From the NCBI RefSeq assembly GCF_018977255.1, contig NW_024704742.1, forward strand, positions 119,290,001 to 119,354,000: a stretch of DNA of 64,000 bases, written 5' to 3'. Within the stretch, counting starts at the first letter, position 1, and every line of letters begins with the position of its first letter. Position numbers and translations under genes: made by a program. Positions 34,131 to 47,924 of this stretch are shown one piece after another. Origin of the DNA: Callorhinchus milii. Taxonomy: Eukaryota. Below the pieces are notes generated by a model. The model made no database searches and was not told where the DNA came from. It saw only the letters and a list, made by a program, of their open reading frames with translations.

Positions 34131-36964
34131 CAATCAGATGGAACCTTGGTTTAATGTCTCATCTGAAGGACGGCACCTCCAACAATGAAACACACCCCCA
34201 GCACTGTATTGGAGTGTCAGCTTATACTATGTGATTCCAAGTCCCAGCTTGTGCACTGTCAGATGTCACCCAGACTCGTGACAATGTCAATCACATGAAA
34301 TATCTACAGAAACCTGAGCAATTCAACAGCAGTAAACATGTCAGGACAAACGGACATCGGAGTCAATTTGGTGGGATCGAAAGTAGTCTGATGTACAGGA
34401 GGCAGGCGTTCTCCCCCCCAAACTGTTTTCAGCAGGGAAGTCTTTGAAGCTTTTGGCTGTCCATTGGTAGGTTTACTAAACAAACCCCCTGTAATACTGG
34501 AAACCGGGAGTCCAAGTCAAATGTCTATTGGAGTGTGCCCGCCTTCATGCCTTTGCCACTACAAATGGCACTAGCAAGGAGAAGGAACCGTGTCCCACAT
34601 ATCTGGGTACATTTGATGCACTGAATATTGAATCTACTGATGCACTGATTCCATTGCATTCTCTATGAATGCATCTGTTTCACAAACCTCAATAGCATCC
34701 TCCAGCACATAGGGAGCTCAGAGAAAGTAGCTCTATCCACGAGGAAGGCATGTTGGACAGCAAGTTCAGAATTTGCAAGTTCACAGATGACATATGCCTA
34801 AACATATATTCTGTGAAAACAGAAGGCAAAAGAGAAGCCCTCAAGGAAACAGTACTAAGGCATCAACAGGATAGCTTGTCAGAGATTAGGATCCTTTCCA
34901 GATTGGTTTCCACCAGCTGGACAGCTGTTTTGACAGATGCAAACCATGCGCAGAAAACATTGGGACTCTAAAGGAGAATGATAATGCTCAGTTCACTGAT
35001 TTGCCTTTGACCGTACCCAGGAGCATATCAAGTAACCATTGATTCCCCATACAGATGGATTCAGACATCTTTTTCTTTGCTGCACAGACATCAGCCAGTA
35101 CAGCTGCTACATCTGTTATCCCACGAATCTTTACTACGAACATTCACCTGTTGATGTTACTCCTTCCTTGTTAGGTAGAGCTGTGGAGGTGGCTCACTAG
35201 AGACACAATTCTTTACTGGTGGGCACTCAGTGAAAAGGTGCATTGGGATTAATAGACATAAAGCACATTAATACAGTCACCCTGCACATTGTGTAGAAAT
35301 TTAAAACATTTACTCTTAACGTCTTATATTTGCACATGCGTTTCACATGATTTTTACTGGTTGGCAAAACTTCACAATTGGCACAATTAAACAAGTTGAC
35401 GAGTTCAACAACATGAAACTTTTTTTTCTTTCAACTTCTTCAAATGTTGCACAAAAGTTTCTATGATAATAAAATTGTGCAGTTATATTAGTCAACGTAA
35501 AATAAAACCATGATGTAAATTACATATGCTAAGCCAACCCTGTAGTAAAGACTATGTAATGTGATGCAAGAGCCAAGTAGGAAGCATGCCAGACAACCAG
35601 TGACCTAACCCAACTGCAATCCCATACAAGACAGTCATATGCCAACAGACCTCTCTTGGCTATCTCCAGCAGAGACTACCAACAAATTAGCCTAATCCTG
35701 AAACATGCAACATAACTACAACCAGGACATACTGTATGCTAATATGTACCAGTATATAATAATATACCAAAAGACCAACTGCATATCAATATGAAAGATT
35801 CATTGCATTTGATATAGCAACTTATCACGTCATTGAAATGTCTCAAAGTGCTTCACAGAATTTCTACTGTAAATGCAGTGACTGTGAATGTGGTAGCCAT
35901 TTTTTCACCAGATCCCATTAACATCTATGAAGTAAATGGGCCATAGTTAGGTGGGCTGTAGGGAGAAGCTTCCTTCTCCTTTCAAATAGCATCATGATTA
36001 TTTGGCTTGGACCGTCCTCCCGATCTGTAAGGCACTATATAAATGTAAATTTGTTGTGTTTGTATTTGTATCATTGCATCAGGACTTTCAACTCACAATC
36101 TAGGCTGACCTTCCAGAGCTGGGGATGCGCTATCCTTCAAATGAGATGGTAAACAGAGTTCTCATCTGCTTGTTCAGGTGGACATTAAAGAGAAGGCAGT
36201 TTCTCCCTGTATTCTGGCCACCAATGAAAATTAATCATTCACTTCATGGCTGTTTGTGGTACATTGCTGTGTTTAAATTAACTGCCTCATTTGCCTACAA
36301 ATTACACAGTATTACACTTTACAGTATATTTTGTGAAGCGCTTTGAGGCGTCCTCCTGACGTGAAAGAGGCTATACCAAATGCAAGCATTATTCGCCCAC
36401 AAAATATATAGTTGCGACTGTATATTACCCATTGTGCCCAAAAAATACACAGTCAATTCACTTTACAATATATTCTGTGAAGCGTTTGAGATGTCTTGAA
36501 GACATGATAAGGCGCTATATCAAATGCAGGGATTATTATTATAATAATCAGTGTTGTAGCTCAATGTGCTCAATGATAGAGTGAACCTTATATCCAAAAA
36601 TACCCATCTTTCATGTTGTTATATTTAAAAAATTGCAACTACTTCAGAGAATTATTTAGACTCCCCAATGGACCAGTTAATGAATTGTTTAATAAAAGTC
36701 TCTTCTCCCTGATGACTCAGAGCTTTTAGAGTTTCTTTAGACTCTTCCAAATTTCCACCCAATTAACATCTTGAATTGTCATAAATTAGCAGCACAGCTC
36801 AGAGACACACACCAATGACTGGGGATAACAACAGCAGCAATCTACATTTATAATAGTGGTTTGAACACTGGGAGAATCTTTCCAAGTGCTTCATTGCGAT
36901 TGCTGATTGCGAGTCTGAAGTATACAGCAACAACAATTTTACATTTATATAGTGCCTGGTACAT

Positions 36965-37490
36965 TGGAAGCTGAACTGGCTTCATGTGATATATTTGGCA
37001 ACGGAATGTCTGAATCAAGGCAACTCTCAGTGACGGTCCTGTTAGTCCAGTTCCTGAACTACGCGGGTCTGCAGTATTCCAGGGCACTGCTGGACAGATC
37101 AGGTAACCTGTCTCTTTGGTAGAACTTGTAGACACAGACTGGGTTCACTGGACGTGACCATTCTTCCCACTAGCCCCTGTTAACCCTGCAAGCCAAAGCC
37201 CTAACGGGTGGAGTGGTCTTTCTGGACAAGCAATGGGAAGCTTGCCAGAAAATGCTTCAATAACAAGCTTTGCAGCTTTAGCTGGTTAAACCACAACATA
37301 ACCCAACACACACTCTGGAGTGCCCAAGCCTTGGATCTTGCAAACCTGAGCCTAATACTTTCCAGAAATAGTTGAGCAGAGTGTGTCCCCACAGGGAAAG
37401 AGTACACATTCCATTCCAGACACAGGGAAATTTTTAATGTGTAAGTGACATACATGTGTAGAACTCTCAAGTAGAGATACGATATTTCAG
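36965..37490 (+). repeat. Family X copy
   Basis: ctgcaagccaaagccctaacgggtgg...ggacaagcaatgggaagcttgccaga. Confidence 0.75.
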
Positions 37491-37504
37491 GTCTCTCCAA
37501 GCAC

Positions 37505-39235
37505 AGTATAAGTATGAGTATAGTTTAATTCTCACAGTGTTCCGAGAACAGTAATCACATTAAAGCATCACATCAAGAATTGATAAAAATGTGAGACTTG
37601 GGATATGCCATGCTGTGTTCTGGGTGAAATGTGTTTCAGTCAGATAAACCTTTATTGAACATTCATATGTTAGCTATCATTCTTGTTGTGGGTACATTCT
37701 TTATCTCACTTACACATGATGAGAGGGTGGGTTATTGAGTACAGCTGTCAGAGACCTTGTTCTCACTGTGTTTTAGTTGAATATCATCCAATCCAATGAG
37801 ACAACTGCAGCAAAATACATTTCAGAGAATTATGTCTAGATTTTCAACCACATTTGAAATGATCGCAACTCTTTAATTTGTTGATTATGATGTTGAAATC
37901 TAGATTGTCAGCCTTGGGTCTACATTCAGGCCACATTTTCTGCACTTTGTGGGTTTCTCAGACAGCTGATTTACTCAATTCTGCTTCTTTATATAAAAGT
38001 TCAGTTAATAGGTGACAAAATCAGTAACTGTTCTCTCTAAATAACTATATGGCCTTGGCTATGCTGGCAACATTACATTATCACTTTCAACCAGAATGAT
38101 AAATTGTCCCTGAGCTGCTGCAGGTTGGTCATTGTCCAAACTTACTGAGTACTTCTAGTGATCAGCGAGGAGACTGGAATGTGTGCTCCCAGCCAGTGAG
38201 TGATCTGTTCCCACCTCTGTGCAAATCTATCATTTTTTTGAGGGCAGTCAGGTGTCTCTGACACATGCAGAAACTCATCATAGTGCTTAAGAGTATCCAA
38301 ACCACGCTGAATCTTCTGCACATTTATAACAACTACATGTGGAAATTTCCCTGTGTCTGGTATGGATTGTGCACTCTCTCCCTGGTGTGAAGTAACCCTG
38401 CTTACCCCATGCCTGAGAGTACCAGGTGCAGGTTGGCTAGAGCCAAGCCTTAGAGACCCCAGTACAAGAATTAGGGTATTGCTCAAACAGCTAAAACCCC
38501 ATATCTTGCCATTATCTGGCAAGCTGCTTGTCCAGCTACAACCACTATTAGGGCTTTGACCTGTAGAGGTAACAGAAGCTGAGTGGGAAAAATCCCTAGC
38601 ATTCTACCCCTTTAGGTCCTGCAAAGAAGCTATGCGGTTTATATTGGTTAGACTCCAGCAGTACTCCAAAGCACACTCTCTGGTCCCCAAACGTTGGGTC
38701 TTGTTAGTCTACATCTTCAGAATTAGGAAAGCAGGATGTATCCCTCCAGGGAGAGAGCGCACACTTCATGCATCCCACATGGAATTTCCATGTGTAGGTG
38801 GGATGCATGGAATTCTCAGCTTGGTTTGGATACTCTTAAACATGGTGATTAGTTTCCAACATATGTCAGACACCCACTGACCAACCAAAAAAGGCAAATG
38901 AGGTGGTCTGTCATCGACAGTGCCTTAAAGTACTGCATCTTCACCTAGCTCAGAAACACCGAAACCGTCACAGAGAGTTGACTTGATTACGACTTTCTGT
39001 TGCCAGGGATGTCAATTTGGAATCAGCTCAGCTCATGGAGATGTCAATTAACTGCCCTGCCACCACCCCACAAAGAGAACAACGAGAAATTTAAAACAGT
39101 ATTCAAACTGCATGAGAGGCATTTACCCACTTTGGGACTTCCTCTCATGTGTCAGAACTGCTAACACATGCTACATGTCCTACAATGCTAAATAGTGACT
39201 GGAAGTCTCAAAAAGTAAGTTTCAATATGAATGTA
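37505..39235 (+). repeat. Local duplication, copy B
   Basis: See copy A; lacks the L2/CR1/SINE insertions but carries family X insertions. Confidence 0.85.
38250..38892. repeat. Two family X fragments in opposite orientation
   Basis: 38250-38610 on minus, 38640-38892 on plus; shared 3' motifs. Confidence 0.65.
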
Positions 39236-39720
39236 GAGTCCTGAAATTCTGGTGAAATGTTGAATGTTTGCAGGTTTTGTTGGCCTGCTTTAGTCATGCA
39301 CTGAAATTCCAGGGGAAGCAAACGTATTTCTGAGAAATGTTCAACAAGTGGAAAGTGGCTGCGAATTTACAGCCCTCCATGTAACAGTCACTTGTAAATG
39401 TGCCAGCTAAGAAGCTTTCGACTATGCAAAGGGAAGGAGCTACAAAAGACTGGAGTGCAGAGCATTTCACCCCGTTCCGCGGCAGCATACTATTTGAATC
39501 TGGGCATGCTCTTTTGCCTTCCGAAGCCGTGCAAGCTGGCCACATTCAGATCAACTTCAAGATCCTCACACTCGTGTTCAAATCACTTCATTCCCTGGTA
39601 CTTCCCTACCTCTCCGACTTTCTCACTCCCTAATCCACAACCCAGTGTCTCTACTCGACTGGCACCGGCCTCCTGCTTGTCCCTCGCACCCTCTGCTCCA
39701 CCATTCAAAGTTGTGCTTTC

Positions 39721-39952
39721 AGTGAATTGACTGTGTATTTGTGGGTGAAACGCGGCAGCCGATTGCACAGAGCAGTGTCCCACAAACAGTCCTGGATTGA
39801 AAATGACCAATTTATTATTGTTTTGTTTTGGAGGGATTATTACTAGGCATGTGGAGTGAGGAAACTTGGCCAAGGTTTCGTCCTGCCTGGAATTGAACCC
39901 AGGTATCTCGTTTGCAAGGCGAGTGCTGTAACCACTGAGCTACAGGACTCCA
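39721..39952 (-). mobile_element. tRNA-Ala SINE short form, tail lost
   Basis: Head and body as 4085-4407. Confidence 0.85.
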
Positions 39953-41239
39953 AAGATCCTTCCTCATCATTACAGCAAGAAAAGTCTGTTTGCTGCTCAG
40001 GCATTTTGAAGAGAGCTTTGCGTCAACAACTTGCATCTATATAGCACTTTTCATGTGAGATAGCGTCTCAGAATGCTGGAGAACGCTGTGGCAACAGAAG
40101 ATGTACCGGTCTTTTCTGGAAGAAGCCGATTTGATGTTTTTTCAATGCAGCTATTCTTGCACTCTCCTTCCCAGTGCCTTAGGGTGTCCTCCCGACGTAA
40201 AAGGTCATTGCAATTTGTTGTTGTTATTGTTCTTCAACATGGCTTCTTTCAGAAGTTGGGAGTAATATGAGAACTGAGTGATCACGTTCTCCCGCTCCCT
40301 GTGGAATGTCTAGCACCCTGCTTACCTAAATCTGGAGAGTATTAGGTAGAGTTTGGAAAGAACCAAATCTTGGGGACCCAAAGCAAATGTGATCTGGTAA
40401 TCTGTGTATGTCCTAAATGTGAAGCGAAACATTCTCAGTGGCAGCCTACAAAATACACAGTCACTACACTTCACAGTAAAATCCTGTGAAACGGTTTGAA
40501 ATGTCCTCGTAACTGAAAGGCAACATATCAAGTGCAATATTTTTAGAATGGAGTGTTAGGTGTGACTTCTCCATGGCAATGTTTTAAAAAATAATCCTTG
40601 CATTCAATATAGCATCTTTCACATCGGGACGACACCTCAAAGTGCTTCGCAAGATTTACTGTAAAGTATAGTGACTGTGTAGTTTGTAAACAAAAGTTCT
40701 CAGGGCTTTTTTTTCAGGCCAGCAAAGTGAGTGGGAGTTGATAGCTTCTTTGTGCCAACTATAGAGAAATGTCTGATAAGAGGAGCTGCACCTCACTGCA
40801 CACAGAACAAATTCTTATCTTAGAGACAGATATTTATGGCTAAAGGCAGCAATAGCTGAAAATAAAAAACACTTTCTCTTAAAGGAACATGTACCCTGTC
40901 TGCTGTCCAAACCATATTGGTCTCTTCTGCATCCTGTAGTGTACCCCAACATATATCAACTATAATTCAGCACTGGTCTTAAAGTAGTCTAAAAAGCTAC
41001 AAGATACAAAACAAACTATTAGTGGAAAGGCCTTCACTTGTTAATGAGATCCAAATAAGGTTTCGAGGGGATAACATAACATTTTTACGCTACAAAAAAC
41101 TATGGTATTTCTTTAGGAATTTTAAGACAGATTGTGTTTACTCTGCAAATTCTATCATTAACTCTACAAATGTAAAGATGGAATTTCAGGCCCTAAATGC
41201 CTCCACCTGTAGTCATGACATGGCTGACTGACTACAACA

Positions 41240-41497
41240 CAAGCTAGTTGGCTGGTTAGACTCCAGCAGTACCCCAACACCCACGCTGGAGTCCCCAATT
41301 CTTGGGTCTTTCCAACCAGCGCCTAATTCTCTCTGGAATTAGCTAAGCAGTGAGTTTCTTTGCAAGGAGAGGGGATGCATTCCATTCCAAAAGCAGGAAT
41401 TCCCATGTGTACGTGGGATGCATGGAACCATCAATCTGGTTTGGGTACTGTTAAGTTTGGGTTTCCCCGTGTGTCAGACACCCTGCTGGCCAAAAAT
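41240..41497 (+). repeat. Family X 3' fragment
   Basis: ggttagactccagcagtac...gtgtcagacaccc; close to 38645-38885. Confidence 0.7.
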
Positions 41498-42357
41498 ATC
41501 ACGAAGATTCTGATTCCAGTTTTATTTTGAGTGACATTTGCGCTTTATCACTACCAAACAAATTGTGAGTAGAGGGTGTGGAGGGAGAGAACTTGGTGCA
41601 GCTACGTTCCTGTACTGCTCAAGTATGTCTCCTAGTGAGTTGATCGAGTGTGACGGGGTTCTGCCTGACTGAGAAGCAGATGTAGAGCCAGATTAATAGG
41701 AGCACATTAGGGACATATGCCCAGGCACTTGTTTGTTTTAGACCCACCAAAATTTGCAATTAACTGTAATTTTGAAAAAACAGCTGACCGTGCACTCGGG
41801 GCCTGAAATCCCGGATGTGTGTTGAGACACCCCCACCCCACCCCCACCCACCGTTAGTTTATGTTTTGATTGGCTGGGGCCTCAACTGGAACGCTTGTAA
41901 AACAACAGTACAAAGAGAGTGACGCTAAGACCCAGGCCTTCAGCTTAGCCCCCGCTAGCCAAAGTCCTGATCCCCAATATTTTGGTGGATATCTGGGTGA
42001 GAGAGGATGACTAACACTATGAAAAGGAAAACGGACTGGGACTATGAACTATGGAGGCAGGAGAGAAGGGCTGGAAATGCTGGGAGAGAAGAGTTTGTAA
42101 TGTGGAGAAGTTGGCACAGTGGAGAGAGGACTGGCGCTGTGGGGAGGTAGAAGAGCTGGCTTTGTGGAGAGATAGAAGGGTTGGCACTTTGGGAAGTGAG
42201 AATTGCCGGTACTGTGAAATACAGAGAGAGAAGAGCTGGTATCCTGGGGGGAGAGGACTGGATGAGGGAGAGAGAGGGATTGACAATCTTGCAATGAGTG
42301 AAGAGTTGACAATGGGAGAGCAGAGGGCAGAAGGGCTGGCAATATGCTCTACTAGAT

Positions 42358-42805
42358 GTAATAATAATATTTATCCTTGCATTGGATATCATTGATAATA
42401 ACATCGTTGATACGTATTGAAGCATTTCACATGAATTTTACTGTAAAGTGTAATAATTGTGTATTTGTAGATGAACATGACAGCCACTTTCCACACCGCA
42501 ATTTCCACAAACAGCCATGTTTATTCAATATTATCTGGAGAATTGTTGACCAGAACATTGGGAGAAACTCCCTTCTCTTTAACATCCACCTGAACGGGCA
42601 GACATCACCTTGGATTAATGTTTCATCCAAAGGACAGCACCTCCAACCACCCTGTGTGAAGGCCGCTATATAAATACAAGTTGATGTTGTTAATACTTTG
42701 GAGTGTCATCTTGGACAATATGAGTTCAAATTCCTGATGTGGGGCTTAAATCCATGATCTTCTGACTCAAAAGCAAGAATGCTATCAACTGAGCCAGGCT
42801 GACAC
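42358..42805 (-). mobile_element. Deu-domain SINE
   Basis: Reverse complement of head, Deu core and tail. Confidence 0.75.
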
Positions 42806-43192
42806 TTAAATTTGGGTCTCCAGTTGGGAATTTTTTCCAAATGGTTTCCATAATGGAGCTGCTGTTGATCAAACAAGCCTGCTGGGATTAATGGTTTGCT
42901 ATTAAACTTCTAAAATATTCTGAAGTAACCCTACTGCCAGTAGTTTAACACCTTCTGTTCTTGCTTTTCAAAGCATGTTATAACTGCTGTCAAATCAAAT
43001 TGGTTCTACATGTACTTAAATAAGTAGAAAATATCTTTCTGGATTTCTTTCATTGGAGAAATTCTAAACAGTTTTTTTTTAGCAAATCCAGCTTCATCAG
43101 CTATAGTAATTTGCCAGTGCAACATGTTTGCATTATCAACTTCAAAACATTTCTGGGGGAGCTAAATGGGCTTCTAGTTTCACTGAAATCTT

Positions 43193-43494
43193 AAACAAAA
43201 ACAAAAGTCCCTGGGAACACTCAGCAGGTCAGGCAGCATCTTTGTTTTGCATGCCTCTTTGACCCATCATCCCCTGTCCTCTACCACATTTTCTCCTTTG
43301 TCTTCCTTGCGCTGCCTCCCCCCTCTGTTAGCTCTTAAAAGCCTCTCCCTCCCAACATGCCCCAGTTCTCACGAAGGGTCGTGGACCCGACACGTTGATT
43401 CACTTTCCTTTCTCCATAGATGCTGCCTGACCTCCTGAGTGTTCCCAGCAACTTCTGTTTCAGATTTCCAGCATCTGCAGTATTTTGCGTTTTG
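43193..43494 (+). mobile_element. Penelope-like element pseudo-LTR fragment with inverted 5' segment
   Basis: pLTR motif gatgctgcctgacct.ctgagt; 43211-43241 is an inverted copy of 43419-43449; 14-bp flanking duplication ttcactgaaatctt (43179-43192, 43495-43508). Confidence 0.8.
43368..43400 (+). ncRNA. Degenerate minimalist hammerhead ribozyme motif in the PLE pLTR, probably inactive
   Basis: ctCacga-a-gggtc-gtg-gaccc-gaCacgtt versus canonical CUGANGA-stem II-GAAAC. Confidence 0.55.
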
Positions 43495-44934
43495 TTCACT
43501 GAAATCTTTTCTTGTAGACCCATGTGATAGCAATGTCCATTGAACCATAGAAATTTACAGCACAGAAGAAGACCATTCGGCCCATTGTGTCTGTGCTGGC
43601 TCTTTTAAAGAGCAATCCTTTCAGTCCCATTTATCTGCCCTTTCCTCTTAATTCTGTAGTTTCCTCCTTGTCCTGTACAGCTTTGTGTAAATTGTTTTTT
43701 GAGGAGAGAATTGGTGACTTTTAGAAGGACAGGTGCAGTTTTTTGATGTCTAATTTTTTATTGAAATCTATATATTCACTGTGGATTGTCTAAAAAACCT
43801 TGGAAAGTTACTGATAATATTTAAAATGTAGATCATGTTTCCCATTGAAGTGTATAGCAAGTACAGCCTTTCGAGTTGCAATGCTGCAATGATAACACAG
43901 TATAGGAATATTCCAACAGTGATGCAGTCAGTCAGAGGTAATTCCTTTACAGCCAAAACACATTTATCAATAAATCACTTATTCTCTAACTCTTCACTTT
44001 AGAGTCAAGGTTATGTCTGGTATTTAGTTACAAAACATCTTTCTCAGTGATTTGGCGCTATCAATAGAAAAATGTTTACCAAATACCATGCACCTCCTAC
44101 CTTATAATGCTTTTGATTCGTTGAAAATGATCTGCTACACCAGCGGTTATCACAAGCAAACCTTCCAATCTGGCAGTTACTAAGCTACTCCAGGGATAAA
44201 CACATCCTTTACTGGAAGGGAAGAGTATTTGCAGCTATAATTTCCTGCTCTTCTCTTAGTGAAGCTTCACTAAATTCTGTTTCAATCAGCTTTTCTCAAT
44301 TATTAGTCGTAAGAGACCTTTTCATATAATGCTTACGAATGTTAGGATAACAGTCACTACAATTTATTTGTACTGGATTTGTTGTGCATTTATTGAGCTT
44401 TTTTTTTTGGAACCACCTTAGTATGGGAATTATAATGCACTATTAAACCACTTTGTGGCAAATCTATTTTCAGATGTCTTTGCAATGATAAAGTAAGAAG
44501 GGCAACGGCACCACTTAAGAATTTTTTTAGTTCGAAACCTCATCAAAGTAAAACTTTCCTATGCTAAACATTTTCTTTCATACATAGAATAAGCCTCACT
44601 ACCCACTCCATTCTTGTCCCTANTTTTTGGAAGCGGTTATAATGAACCACTGCACTAGGCTCGGGTAAATTCCTTCTGTGTTTCCTGAAATGATTATTTG
44701 TCCATTTGGAACGTCTTTCCACTTTGGCCCAAAGCCAAGAAGTCCAGAGAGGGTTTGTGGCAGATTATGAATTTCCTCCACATCTTTTCTGGACACAATC
44801 CTCCTGGCATTGACTCCAAAGGAAGTACCCACCCATTGATCTAGGCAAATTGGACAATGTGTGTTCCGAAGAACACAAAAGAGTATGAGGCTGAAAACCC
44901 AGTAAACCGCCTATTTAGCTTCAATATATAGTGG

Positions 44935-45260
44935 AACAGGGGTCCTATCTTCTTGTCAGGTGGATGTTAAAGATCCCATGGTACGGTTCTTTTTTACTTT
45001 CTTTATCATTAATTTTTTTGTAACTATTCGAAAAGAGAAAGGAGTTTCTCCCAGTTTCCTGGCCAACAATCTTTTAAATAAAATTGTCCATTTGCTTTGT
45101 GAATGTTTGTAGGGCACTGCTGTGTAGAAATTGGTTGCATGTTCTCCTACAAATACACAGTACAGTATATTCCAGTATAGTATATTAACAGTTTATCCAG
45201 CAAAGTACTTTGAGATGTCCACCTGACATGAAAGGTCTCAAAAGTAACAATCATTATTTT
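44935..45260 (+). mobile_element. Deu-domain SINE, 5'-truncated
   Basis: tcaggtggatgttaaagatcccatgg core and tail. Confidence 0.7.
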
Positions 45261-46166
45261 TACAGTTCAAAAAGAACTATTATCCCATGACAAAAGATAC
45301 TTTCCTCCAATATACTTGAACAGATACTCAAACTAACCCCTAACACCAGAACCATTTCAACAAGAGTAACACTTTAAGATTATCATTTAAGAGGAAGCTA
45401 AATATACACATGAGGAGAAGAAAATAGAAAGCGATGGGAGAGAGTAAGGAGTGTAGCAGAGGCTTGTGTGGAGTATAAACACTGGCACGGACTAGTTGGG
45501 CCAAATAGCCTGTTTCTGTACTTTACATTCTAGGTATATCTATGTAAACAGTGGTTGTTTTGCTGGAAGGAAAATTCTACTTTTTATAGTAATTTTGTTT
45601 TTCAGGAAGTTTTAACATTGTGCTTTACATATGTTTTTGATATCTTGTAGGAAGTCATCCTCCCAATATATACGTCTCACTGTCCAAACAGATGGTTTTA
45701 GTGTCACAGACATGGAATGCTCTGCCCCAAGGGAACAAAATACCCTGAGACCTTTTCCCCTCACTGTTAAGAGTGCACATTATGTTGTTAGACTCCTTTT
45801 TAAGAACTGTCTTTAACCTGAAACTAAATGTAATTGTCCTCTTTCAAGACAAATAATGGTCAGGGCCACATCCAGCTCCCCACCCCTCCAGCTCTGGGTA
45901 CCAGCATGCACCAGGCTGCATTTTCCCACCGAATGGCTCATTTAGTGAAACCGAAGGGCATTTCTCCCGATGACCTAGTGAACAATTCCCCCCAAATATA
46001 ATTGGCTATTCACTCCATTGCTGTTTGTGGGACATCACTGGGTACAATTGGGCACAACTGGACACAAACGTAATATACAAGCAATCCACTTTACAGTATA
46101 TCCTGTGAAGCGCTTTGACGTCTCAATGGCATGACAAGGTGCTATACCCAATGCAAGAATTATTAT

Positions 46167-46301
46167 GAAACAAAAACAGAAGTCAACCCAAAACGTTGAC
46201 TCACTTTCCTTTCTCCATAGATGCTGGCTGACCTGCTGAGTGTTCCCAGCGACGTCTGTTTTTGTTTCAGGTTTCCAGCATCTGCAGTATTTTGCATTTT
46301 G
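46167..46301 (+). mobile_element. Second Penelope pLTR fragment, inserted in a SINE tail
   Basis: Matches 43385-43494; 46167-46184 is an inverted copy of 46251-46268; flanked by gcaag(a/g)attattat. Confidence 0.75.
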
Positions 46302-47924
46302 GCAAGGATTATTATTATTCCTAAATGCTAGAACCTGTTCCATGAGATCTAAAATGCGTTTGATAGCTTTCTCATGATTATTGGGTGAAGCTATCCTGGA
46401 TATCTCTTTTTTAAGCATTGTGCAGTTGCACCTGAACAAAAATCCCCACCCATTGTGATGAGAATTCATTGGAAGTGCAGGAGGCTGGGCTCCTAAGGAG
46501 GTCTGTCCTGTGCAACTAGTTGTGAAGTTGTCATTGACTTGCTAGGCCTCTCATTTCCTCTCTTTTATTATATATATATTCCAGTTTGCTGTTTGCTCGA
46601 TATAATAAAAGCTATAAATAAAATTAATTTCCAGAATTCTGCACAATCTTACATTTTAAGAAAGCGGTCTTAAAACTAAAACCATAAGGGTTTACAGACC
46701 TGAGGAGCTGGGAACCTTGGCTGTTTTCACCTCTTTGGGAGATCCTGGGGCTATTTGGAGCACTGCCACTGCTTCCCTGACTGTTTGCAGTTAACTCAGC
46801 AAAGAGCAGAGATCAAATTATGTATCTTCCAATATGGACCAGTTACACACTAGGCAGGGAGCTATAGCAACAGCAACACTTTTCTAGGTCATTTCCTTCA
46901 TCGCTTGCTTTTGGTTGTCTTTCAAAAATGGAATTGGGGCAGGGGAGAGGATTACATAGTATTGATAGCACTGAAACAGGCCACTTGGTCCAACTGGTCT
47001 CTGTCAATGCTTATATATCACATGAACCTCCAGCGACCTTAATCCCCTAGCCTCCCTTCCCCAACAACCATTCTATTCCCTTATGTCTCATGTATGCATC
47101 AGGTTTCCTCTTAAATGCATTAACTGGATATTCTAACATCAAGCTCTTCCCAATTCTACAACCATTGTGAAGTCAGTAAAAATAGAGAACTTGCTGTAAA
47201 ATCAATTGCCATTATTGTTGAGCAAATGATTTGGTTTACTGTTTCATCCACTTCATTTGGCAATAAAGCATAACATGGTAACATTAAACTCCTCCTAACT
47301 CCACAGGAAACAGCATAGCACCTCTGGGATATCTACATTGAAATCATGGAGTAAATTAATAATTCTCCTGTTATGTAATCTGACTCTACAGGCAGTTGAA
47401 TCAGCACAGGTGTCGATTCGAGGGCTTTGCACAAAATTTGTTGTAGATTGTTAAAATTATTTTTTTAAAAGACCACAGGTGTGTTAAATAGAATAAAATG
47501 TTGCCAATGGATTAAACTAGAATTCCTTTGAAGATGAATGGTGTTACATAGGGCCAGGAATTCCTAATTTTATGAACAGTAGGGAAAATATAGATATAAG
47601 AATATGAAAAAGGAAAAACTTGCAGGGCTATGGAGTAAGAATGGAAGATTGGGACCAGTTGGTAGCTGTTTCAAAGAGCCAGAACAGGCACAAAGGGCCA
47701 AATGGCCTCCTTCTGTGATGTAAGATTCTATGATTCTAAGAAAATAGCAACAGACAAAAGGATTTTGTACTAATGGAAATACCTGAAATTCTTGCCCAGT
47801 AAAAAACTGTGATAAAAGGCCGATTGAGTTGATCAAGGCTTGGTCCAAAGCGTTTAAGTAGGATTGTACGCACAATTGAAAGGTGCATCAGAAAGTAGAT
47901 ATATCACCCCAGCTCAGCCTTGCT

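Noticed and set aside
44256..44273. 18-bp perfect palindrome ttagtgaagcttcactaa
   Set aside because: Isolated; one such palindrome in 64 kb is not clearly above chance
44620..44832. 70-aa ORF ending at the N at 44623
   Set aside because: Unrecognised; the N may be an assembly join, so continuity is uncertain
45631..45816. Exon candidate after ttgtag
   Set aside because: Another frame reads TWNALP, typical of a LINE ORF2 end relic; no donor
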